DNA of 64,000 nt. Origin: a virus. The notes beneath the pieces are model-generated. The model saw only the letters and a list, made by a program, of their open reading frames with translations, searched no databases and was not told the origin of the DNA. The DNA lies in IMG/VR virus record IMGVR_UViG_3300042482_001698, positions 1 to 64,000 of that record; one strand, 5' to 3'. Below are positions 47,090 to 55,919 of the stretch, in pieces. The position numbers and the translations under genes were made by a program. Position 1 is the first letter of the stretch; every line of letters starts with the position of its first letter.

Positions 47090-47572
47090 GTGATGAAGAT
47101 TAATGTATGGTCTGTTGAACTGAATAACCTTCGAGCCGAACATTCCAAGATTTCCAAGAAGATTTCGTTGCTGGAAGATCTTATTGAATTAGAAAACGAA
47201 CATGCATTTGATGCTCCCACATCAAATGAAAATCAATCGACTTCACATAGGCATGAAAATAATCCTCGAATTGTTGCAAATAATGATGGTAGCGAACCTC
47301 GTCGTCGTGGTCGTCCTCGCAAAAATCCATCGGATGAAGTTGCCGTGAAATCACTCAAGCTTCCAAATTTGCTTGAAACAATTGGTCAACAACATGGCAA
47401 ATCGATGAGGTATGATGATTTGGCCATATTGGTAAAATCTTCTGGCTATAAGACCAATAGTAAAGATTTTAACAACATGGTTTATCAGTGCCTCCAAAAG
47501 TTGTGCAAGAAGGGTGTGTTCGTCAGGAATCCAGAAACTCAAGAGTATCATTACGCTGGTAATAATGATTGA
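47090..47572 (+). CDS. AT-hook / winged-helix DNA-binding protein
   Basis: PRRRGRPRK; C-terminal GYKTNS..F.NMVYQCL.KL. Confidence 0.65.
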   Translation: MMKINVWSVELNNLRAEHSKISKKISLLEDLIELENEHAFDAPTSNENQSTSHRHENNPRIVANNDGSEPRRRGRPRKNPSDEVAVKSLKLPNLLETIGQQHGKSMRYDDLAILVKSSGYKTNSKDFNNMVYQCLQKLCKKGVFVRNPETQEYHYAGNND

Positions 47573-47586
47573 TGTCGATTTAATTT

Positions 47587-47627
47587 TTTACCAACAACCC
47601 TTTCTTAACAAAGGGTTGTTGGTAAAT
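47587..47627. terminator. Intrinsic terminator
   Basis: TTTACCAACAACCCTTT...AAAGGGTTGTTGGTAAA. Confidence 0.7.
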
Positions 47628-47784
47628 ATTTTTACAGTTATCGATAGATATATGACACACATTTTTTTCGACAGTTGTATTTTTTAATATTCATTTCGAG
47701 AATAAATTTTGGAAATTATTTTATAAAAGCTGTTTTTTAATGTAAACTAGAGTTAGACGAGTCATCCACATCAAGGAGATTGTC

Positions 47785-49059
47785 ATGGCCAAGCGTAAGC
47801 AGACCTGTTGTGATTATTGTGGTAAAAGCAGCGCAGAAGTAAATGTTCTGGTCGAAGGACCAGTTACTGAACATGAGCAAAATGGCAGGCCTGTGGGCAG
47901 CAGAGTTTATATCTGCTCTGAATGTATTAACCTTTGCAAATCAATGGTTGATAAGCAAACAAAATCTCCATCACTAGTAAATCTTGCCAAAGGGATTCCA
48001 ACGCCAAAGCAACTTGTTGAGCATCTGGACAAAAGCATCATCGGTCAAGATAAGGCCAAGCGCACCCTTGCTGTTGCTATTACGAACCATTATAAGCGTT
48101 TGATGCAAAACACAATTAAATCTGATGACAATCCATTTTCTGATGTTAATATTGAGAAATCTAATATTTTGCTGATAGGTCCAACTGGTTCTGGTAAAAC
48201 TTCATTGGCTCGAACACTTGCTAAAATGCTTCAAGTGCCATTTGCAATTGGCGATGCTACGACTTTGACGGAAGCTGGTTATGTTGGTGAAGATGTTGAG
48301 AATTTGATCCTTAAATTGCTCCGTGAAGCTAGCTTTGAAGTCGAAGCGGCTCAGACAGGAATTATTTTTCTTGATGAAATAGATAAGATTGGCAAGACAA
48401 GTCAGAATGTAAGCATCACCCGTGATGTCAGCGGCGAAGGTGTTCAACAGGCTCTGCTTAAGATGATTGAAGGCACGATATGCAATGTGCCTCCCGGCGG
48501 TGGAAGAAAGCATCCAGAACAGCAATTTGTTCAGGTTGACACAACTAATGTTCTATTTATTTGTGGCGGTGCATTTGTTGGTTTGGAAGAAATAATTAAG
48601 CGTCGAATTGGTAAGAATGTCATGGGTTTTGGTGGTGTTAACAGCAAGCAAGATGACGATGAATGGATTTTAGAACACATTACCCATGACGACTTGATTG
48701 AATTTGGTATGATTCCAGAAATTGTTGGTCGCCTGCCAGTAATTACGCCATTAAAAGGACTTGACCAAGAAGCATTGCTTAAGATTTTGACCGAACCAAA
48801 AGATGCTTTGGTGAAGCAGTACCAGAAGATGTGTTGGCAAGACAATGTTAAGTTACTGTTCACCAATGAAGCGTTGGTTCAAATTGCAAGCAAGGCAATG
48901 GAAAAGGGTACAGGCGCTCGTGGACTTAGAACAGTCATAGAAGGATTCATGATTGACATTATGTACAATCTAACGGATCATAGTGGCGAAGAGATCACTG
49001 TGACTAAGGATGTGGTTCTTGGACAGCCTGCTGTTTTTAACAAGAAGTTTGCAGCCTAG
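47785..49059 (+). CDS. clpX: ATP-dependent Clp protease ATP-binding subunit ClpX
   Basis: C4 Zn finger, [42 protein letters not shown] loop, GARGLR. Confidence 0.97.
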   Translation: MAKRKQTCCDYCGKSSAEVNVLVEGPVTEHEQNGRPVGSRVYICSECINLCKSMVDKQTKSPSLVNLAKGIPTPKQLVEHLDKSIIGQDKAKRTLAVAITNHYKRLMQNTIKSDDNPFSDVNIEKSNILLIGPTGSGKTSLARTLAKMLQVPFAIGDATTLTEAGYVGEDVENLILKLLREASFEVEAAQTGIIFLDEIDKIGKTSQNVSITRDVSGEGVQQALLKMIEGTICNVPPGGGRKHPEQQFVQVDTTNVLFICGGAFVGLEEIIKRRIGKNVMGFGGVNSKQDDDEWILEHITHDDLIEFGMIPEIVGRLPVITPLKGLDQEALLKILTEPKDALVKQYQKMCWQDNVKLLFTNEALVQIASKAMEKGTGARGLRTVIEGFMIDIMYNLTDHSGEEITVTKDVVLGQPAVFNKKFAA

Positions 49060-49072
49060 TCTGTATGGATAC

Positions 49073-49131
49073 TGGTCAACTACCTTACTGGCGCACAATA
49101 CTTGAGAAGTTGACGGTCAGGTAGTTGACCA
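49073..49131. other. Long hairpin downstream of clpX
   Basis: 13-bp perfect stem TGGTCAACTACCT/AGGTAGTTGACCA followed by a T-rich run. Confidence 0.7.
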
Positions 49132-49242
49132 ATTTTTCTTCTAATTTTCTTAAATTTATTATTGTAAATTATGTTAATTATAGTTAGACTTGAATGATTA
49201 TGACTTTTATAATCCGTTGACAAACGGAAGAGGTATTTTTAC

Positions 49243-49839
49243 ATGAATTATATTGTCTCTACTTTTTTTGATGAGGAAGATTGGAATAAGTTCGGTTTGA
49301 ATTGGGTTCGCAATGCTAAATCCGCATCACTCGACGCTATAATTATAGGTAAGGATCTGCCAGAAGACGCAATTGCAAAAATCGCAGAATTAAATTTTCT
49401 TTATTTTCCTGTTTTAGACAAATTTAAAAAAAATTGCAATGCAATGCACACACTGGTATGCAATCTACCAAAAAATAGTAGATGTTTGTGGACAAAACCT
49501 GAAATTTTACCAAAAGCTGGTATTATAGGAGAAGCAGATTTGATATGTGGTCTTTCTGATTCCCCTATAAGTAAAATAGTCAGTTCTGTTATCAATCTCT
49601 ATGACAGAGCGGCGATGATAGAATCGTTGTCTCAACACATTGAGTCAGTTCATAATAAGTATTTGTCTGCCAATTATATGTTGGGAACGACAGATTTTTG
49701 GAACGGTTTTTTTGGTTGTAAGTCTTATTTGCACGAACGAGGTTATTTGGTTGAAAATTCAGAAGACGACGATCTCGTTTTAAACTTTTTTGTTGCATTC
49801 GCACATTCTTTTTCAGTAGAAATAAAGGACTATTGTTGA
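49243..49839 (+). CDS. Hypothetical protein (possible degenerate GT-A fold)
   Basis: 198-aa ORF; DDDLVLN near the C-terminus. Confidence 0.6.
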   Translation: MNYIVSTFFDEEDWNKFGLNWVRNAKSASLDAIIIGKDLPEDAIAKIAELNFLYFPVLDKFKKNCNAMHTLVCNLPKNSRCLWTKPEILPKAGIIGEADLICGLSDSPISKIVSSVINLYDRAAMIESLSQHIESVHNKYLSANYMLGTTDFWNGFFGCKSYLHERGYLVENSEDDDLVLNFFVAFAHSFSVEIKDYC

Positions 49840-49843
49840 AACT

Positions 49844-49975
49844 ATGGAATTAATACTCTATCACTTTGGTTCTTTTATGTTTTTCATGTTAAGCATGTTT
49901 GTAATTTGTGCTTTCATGGTTGCTCTTACAAGAACTAATAAAGAAGAAACAACAAGAATTAAGGAAGATGAATGA
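49844..49975 (+). CDS. Small membrane peptide (43 aa), not in the ORF track
   Basis: MELILYHFGSFMFFMLSMFVICAFMVALTRTNKEETTRIKEDE; ATGA-coupled to the next gene. Confidence 0.6.
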   Translation: MELILYHFGSFMFFMLSMFVICAFMVALTRTNKEETTRIKEDE

Positions 49976-50400
49976 ACATATTGCTTTTTGTTTATGGAAC
50001 TCTAAAAATGGGGTTCTCTAGAAACTACGCTTTGAATGGACAGATTTATTTGGGTACTGCTAAAACAAAGCCCGAATACAGCATGTATGCACTAAATGGT
50101 TATCCAGCTTTGGTTGATCAAAGAATGGCTGAAAAAAATAAACTTCAAGTTTCTACTTCTGTATTTGGTGAAATTTGGGAGGTAGACGAAGAAGCAATTA
50201 CTAAAATCGATAAAATAGAAAGCACAGATATTGATTTGTTTGAAAGGAAAGCAATAAATATTGATGAGTTTACGCTTTCAAGATTGCCTCTTGATAAATC
50301 TGTATGGCGTTCAATAGAAGATAAAATAGCATTATCTTATATTTACAAACAGAATATATATGGTGCTGCTATCTGTGGTTCCTTTTGGCATAAAAGGTAG
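49972..50400 (+). CDS. Gamma-glutamylcyclotransferase (AIG2-like)
   Basis: LLFVYGTLKMG, YPAL, VFGEIWEVD, IDKIE. Confidence 0.88.
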   Translation: MNILLFVYGTLKMGFSRNYALNGQIYLGTAKTKPEYSMYALNGYPALVDQRMAEKNKLQVSTSVFGEIWEVDEEAITKIDKIESTDIDLFERKAINIDEFTLSRLPLDKSVWRSIEDKIALSYIYKQNIYGAAICGSFWHKR

Positions 50401-50407
50401 TGAAATA

Positions 50408-50776
50408 ATGAATATGAATTATTTATTATCTGGTTTTATTTTAGGTGTGTCGGTATTAACAATTTTTTTATTGATATATCGTTCTATTATGCTGCGTAAA
50501 ATTGAATCATTACAGTCACAAGCTGTTTTGGATGATTTGGAATTAGCAACGAAAGAACAGCTTCTTAATGAATTCCGCAAACGTCCCAATAATTCTTACA
50601 TTCTTTTGTTGCCAATGTCTAATAAAGATGAACAAGGAATAAAAATAGAATTAAATAGATTCACACCTTATGATAGTGTAGGATTATTACACTTGGCTAC
50701 CAGTCTTATTTTTCGTCAAATGAAAAATAAAGGTATGTCTTTACCTGAACTGCCATCTATTATTGACGAAGATTGA
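50408..50776 (+). CDS. Membrane-anchored hypothetical protein
   Basis: N-terminal TM. Confidence 0.65.
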   Translation: MNMNYLLSGFILGVSVLTIFLLIYRSIMLRKIESLQSQAVLDDLELATKEQLLNEFRKRPNNSYILLLPMSNKDEQGIKIELNRFTPYDSVGLLHLATSLIFRQMKNKGMSLPELPSIIDED

Positions 50777-50797
50777 CATTCAAAGTTTATTTCTTTG

Positions 50798-50826
50798 GGA
50801 AAGAAATCCGTCATCCGTTGACGGCG
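50798..50826 (+). repeat. Dispersed element, copy E (perfect palindrome arms)
   Basis: GGAAAGAAAT-CCGTCA-TCCGT-TGACGG. Confidence 0.85.
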
Positions 50827-50841
50827 AATAAGGATTGTATA

Positions 50842-51975
50842 ATGCTCAAGAAAGTAAAAATCTGTTTGAATACAATGGTTGCCAACGAGGCACATGTTAT
50901 TCACAGAATGCTAGAATCTTGTTACAAGTTTATTGATTATTGGGTCATTCAAGATAATGGATCTAATGATGGCACTCAAGATATAATTCGTAATTTTTTT
51001 AAAGAGAAAAATATACCCGGGTTCATTTATGAAATTCCTTGGCAATATCCCGGCTACAATCGTGATCATGCTCTACAAAAAGCTTTACAGGCCTCACATA
51101 ATTGCGATTGGATTTTAAGAATAGATGCCGACGAAATTATTCTAGTTGATGATGATTTCGATTGGACACCAATCAACGATACATCAAATCAAAGCTTTAA
51201 TATTACTGCACAACAAAACAATTGCGTTTATTATAGATGTTGGCTATGGAATTCTAAATTACCATGGAAATTTAAACACGATAAACGACATGAAACCATT
51301 TACATGGAAGAAGTTGGAGAAGATTTTGTCAGGAACAGTCTTTCATCAAAATTTAGACATGTTATTTATGGAGATGGCAAAACTTGGTTTAGTCCTTATA
51401 AATTTTATAGTGATGCTCTAGAAATTGAAAAAGATCTTTTGCTAGAAAATAAAATGAATATTGACATATATCATTTGTTTTATATTGCCAAAAGTTACCG
51501 AGATGCAGTTGTTGATAAAAAAAGCATATGGCCATTTGGTGACTCACACATGAAAGAATGTGCCAGAAGAGCTATTTTCTTTTTCCAACAATATCTTAAT
51601 ATTGTTCACAATTTCAACAACACATCAAAAGCAGATCGCTTAGATGAAATGGGCTACATGGTCTTGGTTTTCATTTCTGAGTGCCAAAGAAAACTGGGGG
51701 ATGATGAATCGGCTCTTTTGTCTTTGATGCAAGCAGAGCCTTTTTGCCCCGAAAGAAATGAACATCTTCTTGAAATTGCACAAATTTATTCCGATCATGG
51801 GCAAAAAATTGGATTTCTTAATACGACAGCAAAACTCGTTGATCCATTAAGAAAAAATCCATTTCCAAAATTTTGCTTCTTCATCAATAATGAAGCATAT
51901 TATGACACAGGAGAATATGTGAAATACCTTCATAATATCTCTTGCATATTCAATAATATTTCTACAGCTACTTGA
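50842..51975 (+). CDS. GT2 glycosyltransferase with TPR-like C-terminus
   Basis: ICLNTMVANE, DNGSNDGT, IDADE, RHE, FYIAKSYRD. Confidence 0.85.
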   Translation: MLKKVKICLNTMVANEAHVIHRMLESCYKFIDYWVIQDNGSNDGTQDIIRNFFKEKNIPGFIYEIPWQYPGYNRDHALQKALQASHNCDWILRIDADEIILVDDDFDWTPINDTSNQSFNITAQQNNCVYYRCWLWNSKLPWKFKHDKRHETIYMEEVGEDFVRNSLSSKFRHVIYGDGKTWFSPYKFYSDALEIEKDLLLENKMNIDIYHLFYIAKSYRDAVVDKKSIWPFGDSHMKECARRAIFFFQQYLNIVHNFNNTSKADRLDEMGYMVLVFISECQRKLGDDESALLSLMQAEPFCPERNEHLLEIAQIYSDHGQKIGFLNTTAKLVDPLRKNPFPKFCFFINNEAYYDTGEYVKYLHNISCIFNNISTAT

Positions 51976-52042
51976 CAAATCGTTGAATTTTTTACTAATG
52001 ATGCTATTGTCTAAAAAACAATAAATCATTATAGATAATTGT

Positions 52043-52603
52043 ATGGAAATTAGTTTTAGAAAATATATTGAATCGTATACTGATATGGGTTTACATATGG
52101 GGTCCAATAACATATTGGATGCTTGGGAAGAATTGGCAGCAGAAAAGCATATTAAAAAGGCATTGAGTTACGGCGAAAAAACTTTAAAAATAGCAGAAAA
52201 ATTAGATAAATTTATAGGGATGAAGAAGATGTTTTTTCTTTTGGGTCCCACAACACATGTTTTGGTTAGCAGTGGAATTTCTTTGTCAAAGATATTAAAT
52301 GAACCGAAAAAAATTTCAAATTGGATTGAATTGAAAGATCAACTTATTGAATTAGTCAAATTGGCAGCAATTAATCCATTAATTGCGGGACCAGCAGCAA
52401 TTGGAATAGCGCATTTGACAGGTTTTGCGGCAAATCAAGAAGCCATATTGCTAGTTGCCAAATTAGCATCGTCTGTTTATTTTTACTTAGAAAGCATTCT
52501 GAAGATCATGCAAACTAGCAAATTAGACTATGTTCAGAAAATTGCCGAATCATTAAAAGACAAATTAAAAATTTTAATGCCTAAGACTCAATTACCGAAT
52601 TGA
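52043..52603 (+). CDS. Hypothetical helical/hydrophobic protein, CTS-like N-terminus
   Basis: MEISFRKYIE/S. Confidence 0.65.
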   Translation: MEISFRKYIESYTDMGLHMGSNNILDAWEELAAEKHIKKALSYGEKTLKIAEKLDKFIGMKKMFFLLGPTTHVLVSSGISLSKILNEPKKISNWIELKDQLIELVKLAAINPLIAGPAAIGIAHLTGFAANQEAILLVAKLASSVYFYLESILKIMQTSKLDYVQKIAESLKDKLKILMPKTQLPN

Positions 52604-53065
52604 TGTTAATGCTTTGATAGTGCTTTCTGCATTAACATGCAATATTCCATTCCCACCCCAATCACGCCATTCTTGAATGTTGATGTGAAGATCATCTATT
52701 AGTATTTTCCCTGCACTAGCGTAATATTTTTTCACCTTGCTTTTCTCGACACAGATGATTCTTTTACCAGAAACACCAATATGATTCTGGCACCATATGT
52801 TTTTCCCATCACATGCTTCCTTTGATTCCGAACATGATGTCAGGATATAAGGTTTATATTTTTTTATATAATTCCATAGAATTTGACAGTCTTTTGTTTC
52901 AGGTAAATTTGCCCAAAAATCAATTTTTTCTTTGCTTGTAAGCTTGTCAATATAATTGTTAAAATAATCTATAAATGTTTCTCCATTGTTAAGTTTAAAT
53001 CCATATATCTCACTTAGCTTTCCAACTAAATCAACAAGAACACCATCTAAATCACAATATATCAT
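52592..53065 (-). CDS. HAD-family 5'(3')-deoxyribonucleotidase-like protein
   Basis: IYCDLDGVLVD, FWANLP, ILTS, ILIDD, W...GG.GILH. Confidence 0.85.
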   Translation of the reverse strand: MIYCDLDGVLVDLVGKLSEIYGFKLNNGETFIDYFNNYIDKLTSKEKIDFWANLPETKDCQILWNYIKKYKPYILTSCSESKEACDGKNIWCQNHIGVSGKRIICVEKSKVKKYYASAGKILIDDLHINIQEWRDWGGNGILHVNAESTIKALTSIR

Positions 53066-53143
53066 AATTTTTTTTCATTTTCTGTTTACAAATTACCTTA
53101 AATTCTATAAGTTAATAGGGGATAAAACAAACTATCGAAGGGA

Positions 53144-53413
53144 ATGGATAAAATGAAAAACCCATTAGGCAAAAATGTCGATCTGAGATTATGCTTGGTT
53201 GACAGCACCTATGACAAGGAAGTCGATGAATGGATGATAGACAAGATTTCCGACACTGATTCAATCTTGCAAATTTCAAGTCCAAGTCAAGAAGAAATAT
53301 GCAGCAAGGTTAAACTTTGCAGGAAGAAGCATATTGCCTATATTTCCAAGAATGACATATTTGTCGTTCATCGTAATAGCAATAAACCAATAGTATGCTT
53401 GAGAAAAGTTTGA
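53144..53413 (+). CDS. Hypothetical protein
   Basis: 89-aa ORF. Confidence 0.55.
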   Translation: MDKMKNPLGKNVDLRLCLVDSTYDKEVDEWMIDKISDTDSILQISSPSQEEICSKVKLCRKKHIAYISKNDIFVVHRNSNKPIVCLRKV

Positions 53414-53499
53414 TTTTTAGCAGAAGAATTTTATGAAATAACTGAGATTCAATCCGAATAAGAGATGTGGAGATCAGGGTAACAGACGGAGAACTGGAA

Positions 53500-54288
53500 A
53501 TGAACGTCAAGAAAGTTTGGTTTTACATCCATCGTTTCGATGCCGCCAAGACCGCACATGTGGCTAGCATAATTCTCAGGAAGTATCCGTTCATCAAGCC
53601 TACTGTCGAAGGTGACAAGTGCATCCTGTTGTGCAGTGATATGGGTAAAGACCCATCCTCTTGGGTCATCGAGAAGCTCGTTGAAAACAAAAAGTTTCTG
53701 GGTCATTTCCACTCAGGAAGCAAGCGATATAATGCCGAAAGGCATGAATATTTGACAGAAAAGCATCATGCTGCTGTCTGTCGGTTTGGTTTTTTTGACT
53801 TATATGATGTTCCCGATGATTTACAGTTTGCTAATTTTATTCTTGGGAAGTTGCAAAACACTCTTTCGGGACAGCCTGCTTATCTCGCTGAAGAGAATGC
53901 TTCTATCAGCAGTGGCCATAAATTGAATTTCTCAAATGAGATCAAAGTGGAAAGGAGGAAGATGTATATTTATAACCTCGTAAAATTCCACAATTATTCT
54001 AAGGAATTAGCAACATTGGTGATTGATCGAAGATTTCCAGAATGGAAAGACATAAAAATCGAGAAGAAAAAGATCATTCTTCGTGATGAAAGAAAAAGGG
54101 CTAGAGATGAGTACAGGAAAGCTTTAGAACTTGCTAAGAAGTTGGCTTTTATGTCACCTAAGAAGAGAAAGATTTATCTAGAAAGTGATAATTTTTTTGA
54201 ATATATACTTTTTATGATGCTCTGTAAGGTAAAGGGTAAAGAGTGGATTTTAGAGAATATTGGACCTGTACCCGGAATTGTCGAGTGA
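53500..54288 (+). CDS. Hypothetical protein
   Basis: ~262-aa ORF with GGAG RBS. Confidence 0.7.
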   Translation: MNVKKVWFYIHRFDAAKTAHVASIILRKYPFIKPTVEGDKCILLCSDMGKDPSSWVIEKLVENKKFLGHFHSGSKRYNAERHEYLTEKHHAAVCRFGFFDLYDVPDDLQFANFILGKLQNTLSGQPAYLAEENASISSGHKLNFSNEIKVERRKMYIYNLVKFHNYSKELATLVIDRRFPEWKDIKIEKKKIILRDERKRARDEYRKALELAKKLAFMSPKKRKIYLESDNFFEYILFMMLCKVKGKEWILENIGPVPGIVE

Positions 54289-54293
54289 TAATG

Positions 54294-54323
54294 AAAAGGC
54301 CAGCTAAAAAGCTGGCCTTTTTT
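54294..54323. terminator. Bidirectional terminator
   Basis: AAAAGGCCAGCT-aaa-AGCTGGCCTTTT between convergent genes. Confidence 0.8.
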
Positions 54324-54343
54324 ATTCACTCTAAAAATTTCCA

Positions 54344-54682
54344 TTAGTTAATCATGTGGCCAATTTTCATGATTATTAAGCCTATAAACATTGTTATCAT
54401 TCCAAAAATTCCCCAATAGTCTAGTTTTACGTTGAAGAAAATTAAAGGGGTAAAGTAAAAAACCGCTATATAAACCAAGTCCCACATTAAAACAAATATG
54501 AAGAATTCTTCTTTATTGTCAACAATTTTGGTGGACCAATACCAAAGTAGACTGTAAAAAAAACCTATGATCATGCAAATCGTAAAATAATTATAACTGT
54601 TTTTATCAAAAAAATCATTAAATGCTATGTATGCATAAGAAAAATATACAATGCTAGCTAGAAATAAAAGTAAACATTCCAT
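54344..54682 (-). CDS. Four-TM membrane protein (SMR/EamA-like)
   Basis: AGGAGG RBS; four hydrophobic helices. Confidence 0.65.
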   Translation of the reverse strand: MECLLLFLASIVYFSYAYIAFNDFFDKNSYNYFTICMIIGFFYSLLWYWSTKIVDNKEEFFIFVLMWDLVYIAVFYFTPLIFFNVKLDYWGIFGMITMFIGLIIMKIGHMIN

Positions 54683-54877
54683 ATACCTCCTTGTTATGGA
54701 CACTGGGCGAAAAATTCCATTCAACCATGATATTTATGCTTTTGACTGACAAAAACATAACATTTTGGCTTAAATTTGTGGCAGTTGCTTGGAAAATTGC
54801 TTTACAACTGGATCTTAATACCATATTATCTTATTGTTGAGCTTTAGCTCCGACAGACACAAGATGAGGTTAGAGTC

Positions 54878-55894
54878 ATGACGCAAGACGAAAAGCAAGG
54901 CAATGATCGAACAATGATTTTTTGCAAGTTTTTGCAAACTTCTGGCATTCCTTCCTCTGGTGATATTGGATCTTTGGAACACGCTGCATTGCAGTGGATT
55001 AAAAATATTCGTAAAAATTGCAATAATTTGTTTGCATCTGATTTGAATATTATTCGCAAGCATGGTCTTTTTAACAAAATATTTGTTGATCAAATTAGAC
55101 AGAACAAGGTCGAAGAATTAGAAAAACAAATGCTTGAATTGTCTCATCAGCTTAGAGCCATTAAAGAAGGCATTCCTTCTGTTCCAGTTCCAAAAATTAC
55201 AGTTCCAAAAATTACCATTAAAAAAGATGTAGAAAAAAGTTTTAGCGAAAATCATAATAGATTTATAGCGGCCTACAAAGCAAATAGGAAAAAATATCGT
55301 ATGAAGTTATTGAGAGCAATTTCTGGAAACAAAGATGGTTTGTCAAAAGGAGAAATGCATATTGTGCTAGGTGGACACGCAACTGGAAAAATACTTCAGG
55401 ACTGTATCAGTTTTCTCGAAAATAAAAATTTGATTTTTATGAAGGCAGTTGAGAAGAGAACTGCAAAAGGTTGCAAGTCTGTTGTTCGTCATTGGTTTTC
55501 TGTTAAAGGCAACAATGAATTAGAAACAACAGAAAAAGCAGTTGTTCAAAAGCAGCTTTTTGATAATTTGCCTATTGCAGATAACTTTATTATCAATAAA
55601 AGGCCATACACATATAACCCCGAATGTGTTTGGGCGAAGAATGTTGAAGTATTTTCTTCGAGGTTGAATGAAGAAGATTTGATTGGCGCTGCAAAAATCA
55701 AAAGCATTAAAACTGGTTTAGTTAGAGATTGTGGCCTAGAAAACTATTGCATTTATCCAAGTGGCGCAATTAAGTATTATCTTCGCTGGCGTAGCCATGA
55801 CGGTAGCTTTGGCTACGCTTTTTGGAGATGGAGTACCTCCAAAGATATTGTTGAAATTAATCTCAAGCCAGAATTCGATTTTGGCGGCAACTAA
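54878..55894 (+). CDS. Hypothetical protein, possible winged helix
   Basis: 338-aa ORF; GLSKGEM...LQDCISFLENKNLI. Confidence 0.7.
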   Translation: MTQDEKQGNDRTMIFCKFLQTSGIPSSGDIGSLEHAALQWIKNIRKNCNNLFASDLNIIRKHGLFNKIFVDQIRQNKVEELEKQMLELSHQLRAIKEGIPSVPVPKITVPKITIKKDVEKSFSENHNRFIAAYKANRKKYRMKLLRAISGNKDGLSKGEMHIVLGGHATGKILQDCISFLENKNLIFMKAVEKRTAKGCKSVVRHWFSVKGNNELETTEKAVVQKQLFDNLPIADNFIINKRPYTYNPECVWAKNVEVFSSRLNEEDLIGAAKIKSIKTGLVRDCGLENYCIYPSGAIKYYLRWRSHDGSFGYAFWRWSTSKDIVEINLKPEFDFGGN

Positions 55895-55919
55895 CAGCGG
55901 CTAGTAAAGAAATACGTCC

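Noticed and set aside
49073-49131. Hairpin starting GTCAACTACC as an IscB/HEARO omega-RNA or IS200/605 end
   Set aside because: There is no adjacent IscB, TnpB or TnpA gene and no further RNA structure; a terminator-type role is simpler.
35983-50826. Dispersed GTTGACGG element as a CRISPR array
   Set aside because: Copies are kilobases apart, in both orientations, with no regular spacers and no cas genes.
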